Notes under the pieces: model-generated
Told to the model about the DNA's origin: nothing
The model's input: only the letters and a program-made list of their open reading frames with translations
The model's database searches: none
In this document: piece after piece, positions 9,166 to 21,000 of the stretch
How the letters are laid out: the number at the start of each line of letters is the position of its first letter
Position numbering within the stretch: position 1 is the first letter of the stretch
Program-made: the position numbers and the translations under genes
From: Planctomycetota bacterium
Lineage (GTDB): Bacteria; Planctomycetota; PLA2; JAEUHO01
Length of the DNA: 64,000 nt
Direction of reading: 5' to 3'
Assembly: GCA_965222115.1 (NCBI GenBank)
Contig: CBDCTJ010000007.1
Span: 2,848,001-2,912,000 of the forward strand

Positions 9166-11880
9166 TTACACTGCAGGTGCGGGTTCGGGCTCACAAAGTT
9201 CACGCAGGACGTAGTTCAAGATGCCTCCGTGCTCGTAGTAGGCGTTTTCCTCAGGCGTGTCGATGCGGCAGCGTACTTCAAAAAGGGTCTTTGAATCGCC
9301 CTTCGCGGACGTAGCTGCGACCGTGAGCATTTTGCCCGGTGCAAGTCCCTCTGCCACACCTGTGATGGTGTAGGTCTCCTTGCCCGTGAGGCCCAACGAC
9401 GCCGCACTTTCGCCCGTCGGAAACTCCAATGGCAGTACACCCATACCAATCAGATTGCTCCGGTGAATGCGCTCAAACGAGGTAGCGATGACGGCACGCA
9501 CACCCAATAGCAGCGTGCCCTTCGCCGCCCAGTCGCGACTGCTTCCCATGCCGTAGCTGCCACCGGCGATCACGATTGTGGGCACGTTGCTTTCGCGATA
9601 GCGTTTCGATGCGTCGTAGATGGACATCTGTTCTTCGCTGGGTTGATGGCACGTCCATCCACCTTCGGTGCCCGGCGCCAACTGGTTACGCAATCGAATG
9701 TTGCCAAATGTCCCGCGCACCATAACTTCGTGGTTGCCGCGACGACTTCCGAACGAGTTGAATTCGGCGCGCGCGACACCGTTTTCCTTCAGCCAAGCCG
9801 CCGCAGGACCATCCTCAGGAATCGCACCCGCGGGCGAGATGTGGTCCGTCGTGACGGAGTCCCCGAGGAGGGCGAGCACGCGTGCGTCCTTGATGTCCTG
9901 CGGTGCCTCGGGCTGATCAGGTACGTCTTCTAAGAACGACGGACGGCGCACGTAGGTGCTATCGCGCCCCCACTTGAACTGTGCACCTTCCGGAACCTCA
10001 ATCGCGCGCCACGTTTCATCACCATCAAAGACCGTCGCGTACTCCGCACGAAACTGCTCGGGCTTTACGCCGCCACGAATGGCCGCCTGGACTTCATCCC
10101 CTGAGGGCCAAAGATCCTTCAGATAGACCGCATTACCGCTCGTGTCGGTGCCGAGGGGATCGCGCGTGAGGTCGATGTCGACCGTGCCAGCAAGCGCGTA
10201 GGCAACCACCAGCGGCGGTGAGGCAAGGTAGTTGGTCTTGGTGTGGGGACTCACGCGACCTTCAAAGTTGCGATTGCCCGACAGCACGGACGCTACAACC
10301 AAGTCGTGTTCCTTGACGGCCTTTGTGACATCGGGAAGTAGCGGCCCACTATTGCCGATGCAAGTCGTACAACCGTAGCCAACGAGATTGAATCCAATAG
10401 CTTCCAAATCGGCCAACAGGCCCGCTTCTTCCAGATAGCGCGTGACGACTCGCGATCCGGGCGCCAAGGAGGTTTTCACCCACGGATGGCTTTTCAGTCC
10501 GCGCTCGCGAGCTCTTTTCGCTACCAAACCGGCGGCCAACATGACTGACGGGTTGCTCGTATTGGTGCAACTGGTGATGGCGGCAATGGCCAAGGAGCCA
10601 TCAGTGATGGTTCCCACGGGGGTCATGACGACCGGCGCCTTGGACCCGACGCGGTTTTTAATCATTTCGTCACAGGTGGTTCGAAAGGACTGCTTCATGT
10701 CGGTCAGCGCTACGCGATCGTGCGGTCGCTTGGGGCCCGCGAGGCTCGGTACGACCGTACTCAAGTCGAGTTCAACCACCTTCGTGAATCGCGGATCGGG
10801 GCTCTCGGCGGTGCGGAACAAGCCCTGCTCGCGCGTGTACGCCTCGACCGCATCCACGTGACTTGGATCGCGGCCACTGAATCGCAAGTATTCAAGCGTC
10901 TTGTCATCCACAGGGAAGAAGCCCATCGTGGCGCCGTATTCAGGCGACATGTTTGCGATCGTGGCGCGGTCTGCCAGTGTCAACGAGTCCAGCCCGGGAC
11001 CAAAGAACTCGACGAACTTTCCTACAACCCCCACTTCGCGAAGCCGCTGAGTCACTGTGAGCACCAAATCGGTGGCCGTTGCGCCCGCCGGAAGCGCGCC
11101 CGTCATCTTGAAGCCCACCACTTGAGGAATGAGCATTGAGATGGGCTGGCCGAGCATGCCGGCTTCGGCCTCAATGCCGCCAACGCCCCACCCGAGCACG
11201 CCGAGGCCGTTGATCATGGTGGTGTGGCTGTCGGTGCCAACGAGAGAGTCAGGATAGAGTTCGGGCTCGTCGCTGCTGCCGCCCACGAACACGCAGGAAG
11301 CTAAGTACTCAAGATTGATCTGGTGCACAATGCCGGTACCTGGAGGCACGACGCGGAAGTTCTCAAACGCATTCGCCCCCCAGCGCAAAAACTCGTAGCG
11401 CTCAAGATTTCGCTCGTACTCACGCTTGACGTTCTGTGCAAGAGCCTGGGGCGTACCGAACTGATCCACCTGGACTGAGTGATCAATCACGAGATCCACT
11501 GGGACCTGCGGGTTAATGCGCGATGCGGGCAGCCCACGCTCAACCGTTGCATCACGCATGGCCGCGAGATCGACGACCGCGGGGACACCGGTGAAATCCT
11601 GGAGCAGCACCCGCGCAGGCATAAATGCGATTTCGGTGCTCGGCTCGGCGCTTGGATCCCAGTTCAGCAGCGCTTCAATGTGGGATTTCTTGACGCTGCC
11701 ACCATTCTCCCGTCGGAGGAGGTTCTCGAGCAGGACCTTCAGCGAGAACGGAAGCGTCTCAATTCCCTTGTGACCGGCATCTACCAGCGCCGAGAGCGAC
11801 GCGATGCCATACCGACGACCATGTATGTCGAGGGTGGTCCGGGACGAGAAAGAGTCGAGGCGAGGCGTGGGTGTGCTCAT
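9166..11880 (-). CDS. acnA: Aconitate hydratase A
   Basis: [45 protein letters not shown] and [10 protein letters not shown]; 904 aa. Confidence 0.97.
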   Translation of the reverse strand: MSTPTPRLDSFSSRTTLDIHGRRYGIASLSALVDAGHKGIETLPFSLKVLLENLLRRENGGSVKKSHIEALLNWDPSAEPSTEIAFMPARVLLQDFTGVPAVVDLAAMRDATVERGLPASRINPQVPVDLVIDHSVQVDQFGTPQALAQNVKREYERNLERYEFLRWGANAFENFRVVPPGTGIVHQINLEYLASCVFVGGSSDEPELYPDSLVGTDSHTTMINGLGVLGWGVGGIEAEAGMLGQPISMLIPQVVGFKMTGALPAGATATDLVLTVTQRLREVGVVGKFVEFFGPGLDSLTLADRATIANMSPEYGATMGFFPVDDKTLEYLRFSGRDPSHVDAVEAYTREQGLFRTAESPDPRFTKVVELDLSTVVPSLAGPKRPHDRVALTDMKQSFRTTCDEMIKNRVGSKAPVVMTPVGTITDGSLAIAAITSCTNTSNPSVMLAAGLVAKRARERGLKSHPWVKTSLAPGSRVVTRYLEEAGLLADLEAIGFNLVGYGCTTCIGNSGPLLPDVTKAVKEHDLVVASVLSGNRNFEGRVSPHTKTNYLASPPLVVAYALAGTVDIDLTRDPLGTDTSGNAVYLKDLWPSGDEVQAAIRGGVKPEQFRAEYATVFDGDETWRAIEVPEGAQFKWGRDSTYVRRPSFLEDVPDQPEAPQDIKDARVLALLGDSVTTDHISPAGAIPEDGPAAAWLKENGVARAEFNSFGSRRGNHEVMVRGTFGNIRLRNQLAPGTEGGWTCHQPSEEQMSIYDASKRYRESNVPTIVIAGGSYGMGSSRDWAAKGTLLLGVRAVIATSFERIHRSNLIGMGVLPLEFPTGESAASLGLTGKETYTITGVAEGLAPGKMLTVAATSAKGDSKTLFEVRCRIDTPEENAYYEHGGILNYVLRELCEPEPAPAV

Positions 11881-12026
11881 GGGAGTTCCTTCCGTAGAGG
11901 CGTGGGACGCACCGCACGTAGACTACCAACCCTCGTCGGAACGACGACCTGCATCCCTGGGAACCCACGCCGCCGTGCGTTGTCAAAGAAGACGCATTGG
12001 CCCCCTTCTGTCCGGAGTAGACACAG

Positions 12027-15000
12027 ATGTCGAAGTCAATTTCCTCCGCATCACCGCGCTCGTTGCGTCGTCCTCTTGGGCGTCGTCCTCTTGGGCGCCG
12101 TCCTTCTGGCCGCCGAACCCTCGTTCGGGCTGCCGCGATGTTGGTCGTGCTTGCCGCGTGTTTCAGCGGCAACCCCTTGCGTGCAGATGAAGGCGACAAG
12201 AAGCCGTCGCCATCATTCAAAGACGATGGTCGGGCAGGGAGCGTGATCGACACACAGGGAACCGTGCTCGTGCGCCCTGCCAGCCAAGGACGCTGGTCAC
12301 CGCTGAATGCCAAGGATCTGGTGTTCCCGGGTGACCGCATACGAACCGACGTTCGAGGAGCACACGCGGTTGAGCTTGCCGTCGGATCCGGCACCGTCTT
12401 GCTTGGCCCCGCTACAGAGGTTGAGGTCGACGCCGACCAAGCCGTGCGTCTCATTCAAGGCGACGTGGAAGTGAAGGCCGCTACCGCCAAGAAGGGCGGG
12501 CCTGCTGTAAAGCCCATGGTCGTCACGGCCCCGGGCGATTTCTCATCGTCCGTTACTGGAACACTTTGGTTGTCTACCGAGGGACGTGAGAAGATTCGTC
12601 AGTTCGATAAAACGCCCACTTGGGTAAAGGGCTATCGCGCTAGTGCCAGCAATGAGTGGATGGGCGCGCTCATGGCCAAGGTCGATGGACGCGACGTCCC
12701 ACTCGCCGTTGGCTACCACAACGTGACGGTCGAGATTCGCGACCAAATAGCGCGCACGACCATCGAGCAGTCCTTCATCAACAGCACACGCAACCGCATG
12801 GAAGGCGTCTTCTACTTCCCACTTCCCCCCGGCGCCTCTATCAGCGGGTTCGGCATGTGGATCGGCGGCGAGCTCGTCGAGGCCGACATCGTCGAAAAGC
12901 AACGCGCGAGAGAGATCTACGAGGACATCCTCCGCAAGAAGAAGGACCCGGGTCTCCTTGAATGGGAAGGCGGCAACTTGTTCAAAGCGCGCGTATTCCC
13001 CATTGAAGCGGGAAGCGAAAAGCGCATACGCCTGCGCTACACGCAAGTGTTGCCCCGCGAAGGTGATTCCTATCGCTACCGCTATGCCCTCCGCAGTGAA
13101 TTGCTCACACGCAAACCCCTGCGCGAACTCAAAATGACCGTTCGCGTCATGTCCACACCCAAACTTGGGCAGCTCACCTGTGCCACGCACGACGCCACCA
13201 TTAAGCGCCTCACCGATCACGAGGCCAGTGTCGAGTACGAAGCGCGAGAGTATGCACCCACGCAAGACTTTGAAGTGCGTGTGGGGATCGAAGCCAAAGA
13301 CAACATAGTGGTTGTGCCGCATCGGCGAGGCGAAGACGGCTACTTCATGGTGCAGCTCATGCCACCTTCGACCGACGCGAACGGTTGGCAACGAGACCTT
13401 GTCCCTGATGGTGCACCCCTCAAGATCGTGATGGTTGCCGATACATCGGGCTCCATGGATCCGGCTACGCGCGTAAAGCAGAGTCAGTTCATACGCGCAC
13501 TTGTTTCCTTGTTGAGTCCCGACGACCGCGTTTCGATTATGGCCTACGACGTCTCGCCGGTGTGGATTACGAATGAGCCGCTCGCCGCGAATAGCGATGA
13601 ATTGCAAGCCGCGCTGGATGATCTGGATGCGCGCGATTCCCTCGGCTGGTCCGACATTCCCGCCGCAATCAAAGAAGCCACGGCAAAGGTCGCAGACGGT
13701 GGACTCGTGGTCTACGTGGGCGACGGCATTGGTACGAACGGTGATGGCGATCCGGTTGGCGTTGCGGCAGATATCCGGGCGTCCGCCGGGTCAAGCAAGG
13801 CAACCGTTCATGCTGTAGCACCTGCTTCGACCTACGAGTCCGGTGTCCTAAAAGCACTCGCAAGTATCGGATCGGGGTCGCTACGCGGTTTGGATCCAAA
13901 GCCGGTTGAGACGGCCGCCGCGCTACTTCGAGAAGCCGTTCGTCCATCCATTCGTGACATGCAGATTGAAATTGATGGCATTCGTACAGCGCGCGTATAC
14001 CCCGCCTCCCTTCCCAATCTCCCCGCGGGCCAGCAGATGCTCGTGCTGGGCCGCTTCTTACCAAGCGATCAAGAACAGACGGGGACCGTTCGTGTAAAGG
14101 GAACACTCTCGGACGCACCTGTTACGTACAGCACCACGTTCACCATTCCCGCAACCGACGCGGGTAACTCCTTCCTGTCACGTCTATGGGCACGAATGCA
14201 CCTGGACGCATTGTTGGAGCAGGGAAGTTCCAAGAAGATTCGCGAAGAGATCATTGAGTTCAGCGAACGCTTCGGCATTATGACGCCATACACATCGTTC
14301 CTGGTGCTTGAGAGCGATGCCCAACGAGAAGAGTATGGCGTGACGCGACGCGTACGCATGCGTGACGGCGAACGATTCTTTGCGACGGCTCGGGATCGCG
14401 TTGCACTTGAGCAACGCCGCAGTGCTCTCAAGGTTGCTGGCCGGTGGCGTCAAGCGCTTCGACACAGCATCATGCGCGAGATTGCAGCACTGGGACGCCA
14501 CATTGGATTGCCCGGGTACCACCCGCCTGCGCCTACGCCTCCCGGGGCGAACGTGCGTGCGATCGCATGGGGCATCGGTGAACGCGCCTATTCCGCGGTA
14601 CGTACATACGGTGCTACATACACAGGCGACATGGCCGCGGCTTCCAGAACGGTCCTTGTGCGACCCGCATCGATGCGCGTTGACGGCGAGGTGGTCCCCG
14701 CGGTTTACGAAACCGTTTACGACCGACTCGCAGACGCCGAAAGGCAGTGGGAACACTCCGAATCCCCGATGTCGGGTAGTTGCGGCAGTTCAGGGAGTTG
14801 TGGCAGTTCGCGCCCCATTGGCGGTGGAGCCGGTGCGCGATTCGGTGGCCGTGGACGTAGTGCCGCCAAGGGTGGCGCGCCGCGCGCCCGTTTGGCTTCA
14901 CTCCGCAGAGCCGCGGAGGAGCACCAGGGACTCCCCACGCCCCAATCCGAGTCTGGCCTCGCAGCACCTTCCGCACCGCCTGTCGCCGGAGACCCCGCGG

Positions 15001-18000
15001 AAGCCACGTCTTCCGACGGCGCTTGGGGCGCCGACAAGGATCGCGGGGACTTCAATGGTGACGGCAAGCTTGAAGGAGCTGCCAAACGAGACGAAGTGGA
15101 CATGGAAATGGACGAACTCAGCGAGCTTGTCGATGAAGCACGTTCCAAGAGCAAGAAGATGCCTCGCTCTAGTCGTAAGGCGGGATACTACGCTCCGAGC
15201 GGACCTGCAAACCGCATGAACCAGCCCAGCGTAGTGGGCAATCGCCCGTACGCGCTGCATGAGCAAGCAAATCAACAGCTCTACGCCGCGCCCGGAACAT
15301 CAATACCCGGAATGGCTTCCTATAGCTCCATTGGCTTCCCGCTGCTTCCTCCGCCACCGCCAAACGAGAAAGGAAGCGACGGAAAGGAAACGCCCCACGA
15401 CTATGACCCCGAAGTGGTCAAGCTACTCACTGCACTTGAGCGGCGCGGTGTGCTCGCCACCATCGAGGGCGGAGTACACGTTGTGGATGTTCACCGCGCC
15501 TACGTGGGGCTCCGCAGTCTCGTTGGTGGCTCCAGTCGTTGGGAAGGTTGGATCGCGCGAAACGCATGGGTCCTTGATCATGTGCGTCCGTCCGACACCG
15601 CAGGACAACGCATCGACTGGTTCAACGGCACCCATCGCGGCGCGCTACACGTCGCTCGTGGCCTGGCGACCTCGCGCAAAGCAAAGCCGCGCGATGGCGA
15701 GGCGTGGTTCCTTCCGTTCTGGGACATGCGCTACAAGAACATGCTGGCCGACTTCGCCCGCCTCGGCTTGACCGCCAAGATTGCCTCGAAATCTGAGAAC
15801 ACAGTGGTGCTCGTACTCGGCAGTGGAAAGGAACCTTGCCCCACCACGCGCCTGACCATCGACACCACCCGCAATGTGGCCACCGAAATGGCCTACGTCA
15901 ATGCCGAAGGCAAGACGTTGTCTCGCACGACCTTTGGCAAATTCGTTGAAGTGGCGGGTCGTCACTGGGAAACGCTGATTCGCCGCTTTGACGACAAAGA
16001 CCGCATGACGGGCGAATCGGTGCGCACGATTGAAGCCGTAGCGACGAAGGCGTTGGACGAGCAACTCGCCCGCGTTGCACTCGCGAGCAAAGAAGGTTTC
16101 GCGATTTCTCTACCACTTCCAACACGTACCGACGCTAAGGACGCAGTCAAGGCCGGCAAGGCAACATCCATGGATCACCTTGCGGTCCTGTTGCAAACGT
16201 TGGGTGCACAAACCTGGGACGAACTCGATGTCAGCTGGAGGGGCTTCGAAGACGCCACGGGTACCTCATCGGCACTCAAGTTTGTTGAGTACACCGTTCG
16301 CTCGCACGTACGCGACAACGAGCGCCTGCTGGCTCTCGCGCGCTCGCTGGTGCCCCAGGCAACCGCAGCCACACCCGAGACTGCGAAACGATTCCTGAGC
16401 TACTTCATCTACGCCGTCTCACAGTCAAAGTTCGGCGCCGGCGAGTCGCTGGACTTGCTCGATCAACTGCAGGCACCCATGACCGCCACGAGCGATACGG
16501 AACGCGAAGAGGACGTTCGTCTCGCCACACGCCTGCGGGCACGCGTTCTTCTCATGCGCGCCGCGCTGCTTGATCGATTGGGTCGTCACCGAGAGGCGCG
16601 TGACATCCGTGCCAAGCGCGCAACGCTACTGCCCTTCGACGTCACCGCACAGCTCACGCTCGAAAGCGACTTGTTTGGCATCGGCAAGCGCGACGACGCA
16701 CTCGCCTTGCTCAAGCGACTCGTGGATGAACGTGAACCGTGGACTCACGCCGAGCGTTCGGCCATCTTTTCCAGGTGGACCGATCGGCTGTGGCAGATGC
16801 GGCGCCTCGACGCGCTCGAAGCCGTTGCGCGGCGGTGGACCGAGACGAGCCCAGTGGAGGGCGCGCCCTATTTGCGTCATTGGTCGTCGCTCTACTTCTT
16901 GCAGCGCGACGGTGAAGTGAACGAAACGGTAGGCGCGCTCCTCGCGCGGCGTCCCACGGGTAAGGAATCCAAGAACGAAATCGCACAACTTGGCGCTGCC
17001 ATGCGCATGGCGCTGGGCGGTGGATGGCAATTTCAAACGCAGGTCACACCCGCCTCTTGGCGCAAACCCGTCGCGAACCTCGTTCATCATGTGATTCGTA
17101 GCAACGTAGAACCCTTCCGGGCAGCATGGCAGGTCTTTGCTGATTGGCGTTATCGCCGCACCGACGAGCATAAGACCCTGATCAAGGCGCTACAGGCCGA
17201 CACGGGCAAGGCTGCGTGGGTGAAGGCCGCCTCATCGCGCCAACTCGCCCACTACATCAGCCGTCTGCCGTGGACCTCGGGCGCAGTGGATCGCAGTCAC
17301 TGGGAGACATTTGAAGGCGGACTTGAAGAACGCTGGCAAGCAGCCGAAGACTTCACGGAACGCAACACACTGTCGGGACACATTCTGACACTACTGGACG
17401 CCCAACAGGAGGCAGAGCGCGCCCTCGACTTCCTGCGTGCACGATTGGCACGCACAGACGCCTCACGCAAGCACAGCATTGCAAGACAACTCTTCACGCG
17501 GCTATTGGCCCACACCAAGAAGGGCGAGACGCTCGCCGACATTGAGAAACGCGAAAACGAGTTGCTTTCGCTCATGCCGCTTCGCATTCATCCCGGTGCC
17601 AACGCGCAGCAACAGGAAGCGGCGTGGGCGGGAGCTATCAGCCAGTGGACCGCAACGGCAGCATCGTGGCGCATCACCGCCGCCATGGGGCCGGGCGAGG
17701 AACACGAGAAACTGTCGCGCGCTCAGTTTAAGCAACTCGGTAAGGATGCGAAGAAGGTCTCTCGCGAGCAGATGGTGTCGCGGTTGAACAGCGTGCGCGC
17801 GTCCGTCCCCAATTTGGCGAAGCGTTGGCTCGACCTGGAACGCCTTACACTCATGGCCGAACTCGCGACGGACTTGCCCGCTGTAGTCAAAGAGGCGATG
17901 GCGCGTTTTACGCGCAAGTGGGAACGCAAGGTCGACGCCTTTGATCACACCGAACGACGTCGTCTTGCTGCTATTCTCACATTCGCGGCCGTGAAACGAA

Positions 18001-21000
18001 ACGCCCCGGAAGGCTTCGCCGACTCGTTGCTCGCACACTTCGAGAAGGGCCGTGCCGAGGAAGTTGCTCTACTGGCCGAGGACAAGGAAACCGTGTCGCT
18101 CTTGGACTGGCCGTATCACATCTTCCGACTCCAGGTTGCCCTTGACCGCCCCGAGGCGCTGATCGCCTCAATCAAGACCTGGGAAGACATGGATCTGATG
18201 GCCAGTCGTTGGCGTGTGGCCCTCGGCTACACCGAAACCGAGTTGGGTCGCATCGACAAGGGCGCCGAACACTTCGAAGCCGTCCACGTAAAAAAGGAAC
18301 TCGGCGAACAGGAACTCGCCCACCTGGCGCGCTGGTATCTGGTCCTCAACAAGGACGACGCGCGCAGGGCCGCCCTCGTCGCACGCTACAAAGCAATGAA
18401 CGAATGGCAACTCGCCAATCAAATCAGTGCTAGGAGCCGAACGGTTCAGCGTCGCGGCAAGGGCATCCCTGCGGAGCTAGAGCCCGAGACATTCGACATG
18501 ATCCGCGTGCTCATGAGCAAGGCCAACTATCCGGACAACCATCGTTGGCGCATTCGCAACATCTACCGCGCCACCAAGGATTTCCGTGTCTTGGGGGCCA
18601 CCGTGACGAGCATGACGGGGCACACCAAGGAGCGCATCTACCGTTTCCTCACGTGCATGCAGCACCTGGTCAACAATGTGCATGAAGAAGCCACCTGTGA
18701 CGAACTCACGCGTCGCTTGGCCGAGTTGCGCAGCGCTACTGAATCGAGTGTGGATCGCCGCGCCTTTTACTTGCTCACGTCGATCGTGGAATCACGTGCA
18801 AGCCGCGTTCTGGAAAAGGACGCAGACCACCGCACGCTGGCGCTTGAGGCGTTGAGGGCAGCATTCAAAGAAGGCAACTGGGAGAAGGGTGAGCCGCTCC
18901 TCATGGCGCAGTACCTCTACGGTCAGGGGCGGCCCGGCGACGGTGCCATCGAACAGGAGATCGTACGGCAACTTCGCGCCCTGTCCGAGCTGCCGAGCGA
19001 AACCGGCACGACACGCATTCGTCTCAAGACACTGCTTGCACGGGCGCTTTGGCGCAACCCTGCGTCTCAATCCGATGCGATCGATCTCTTGGCTCGCACG
19101 ATTGACGAGGGTCGAGCGATCAACGCACGCTATCCCTTGGGCCACCAGGCCATACCGCTCTTGACGAACTGGCTCACACACAAGGGCCGTTACCGTGACG
19201 CGGAGCGTTTCGTCAAGGATGAAGTGGCGCGCCATGACGATGTCCGGACCAAGCGCAATTTGGAACACAATCTGTGGCGCGTCTACGTTGCAGCCGTCCG
19301 CAACGGGGGCGCCGTGAGCATCGGTCAGGGTGCGAGCCTGTACTCGCGCACGCTCGAGCTTATGCACGCGAGTCTTGAACAAGCGCCTGGAGAACTAAAC
19401 CAGTTCGCGTCGCAGATCGTTTCACTCCATCACGCGGCCAAACACGCGCGTGTACTTCCTGACGCAGGCAACGCACTAGATAGGTATGCCCGCGAACGCT
19501 TTGCGACTATCTGCCGTCGCGCACCACTGCAGCAAACGTACGGCATGCGTGCAATGGCGCAAGGCATTCACAAGCTCGCGGGCGCGAGCGCAGGACTGCG
19601 CTATCTACTAGATACCTATGCCACGCAGCCGGCATTTATCAAGCGCCTGAATCTCGATCTCTGGAGTCAGAACACGTGGATGTTTGCCAAATGGCGCAGC
19701 GAGTCCCGAAGTCAAGATCAGGGCCTCTGGGAGTTGGTGAAGGCCGACTACGTCGGCATGCTTACGGGCACATCGAACTCACGGGCGAGTGCATTCTGGA
19801 ATCGTGGCGGTAGCCACGAATGGCGCGAAAAGCACGCCAACTTTGTGCAGCTCGCCGTCGCCACGGCGGAAACGCACGGCGATTCGCAGACAACCACCAT
19901 GCGCTGCGCGCGCACCCTCCGAAACCTCGGAGCACGCGCAGACGCGGTGACCGTGCTGGCAAGTGCACTGAGTCGCGGTCAACTGGATGACAGTGGCCAA
20001 TGGACATTGGCCAACTGGTACAAGCAAGATGCTCGTTTCCAAGAAGGCCGTGACTTGGGGTTGAAGCTCTTGGAGGGTCGCCCCGAGCAGTTGCAGCGCT
20101 ACATCTTGGTGGCCGAATGTCACGGCGCGCTAAAGAATATGGACGCCATGCTCAAGGTTCTTCAATCGGCCGAGACCTACTTCCGCGGTCAAGACGAGGC
20201 GACCAAGAACAAGGCCAAGCTCTGGCGCGCCGAAGTGGCGTCAACGTTGGGCATGACCGCCATCCGACATCGACTCGACGAACCGGGTGCCACGTGGATG
20301 GAAGAAGCGCTGCGGCTGCTGCGCGAACGCAGCGGTCACCGAGGCGGTCGTTCCAACCAAATGGCCACGTGGTACGCGCAGCTGGCCATTGCTCGTTCGC
20401 GCCTCGGCGATACAGCGCGAGCCGTAAAGGCGGCAACTGCCGCCGTGGCCGCGACGTCGGCGCGCAACCGCAGTGCGCGCAGGAGTCAATACACCGCACT
20501 GGTCAAGGTGTTCACGGAAGCCAAAGACTTGGAGAGCTACACAGGCGTCTACGACAAGGAAGTCGCCGAGACTTCCATTGACAGCTCACTTGTCCGGCAA
20601 GCCATGGCGGACGCATGGGCAATGCGCAAGGATTACGAACGCGCCGCGGCACAACTTGTGCTCGCTCGCGAACTCGATCCACGCGACGAACAGGTCTTGA
20701 CCAAGCTGCTCAAGAGCTACGACACATTGGGCCAAAAGCAAAAGGCCATGGAAGTGCTACTTTCGTCGGCCACGTTGTCTCCTCGCAATCTCGTGGCCTA
20801 CGAGGGGCTCGCCAAGCGTTACCAAGAGCTCGGCCAGAAGGTTCAACGCGAACGTGCATTGACTACGCTCGTCGAAGTCCTTCCCAAGAGCTCCGATGGA
20901 CACCATCGCCTCGCGTCGATTCGACGGGCGAGTGGGGATAAGGACGAGGCCGTACGACATTGGTCGCTTGCTGCGAAGCACGACGCCAAGAACCCTGCCC

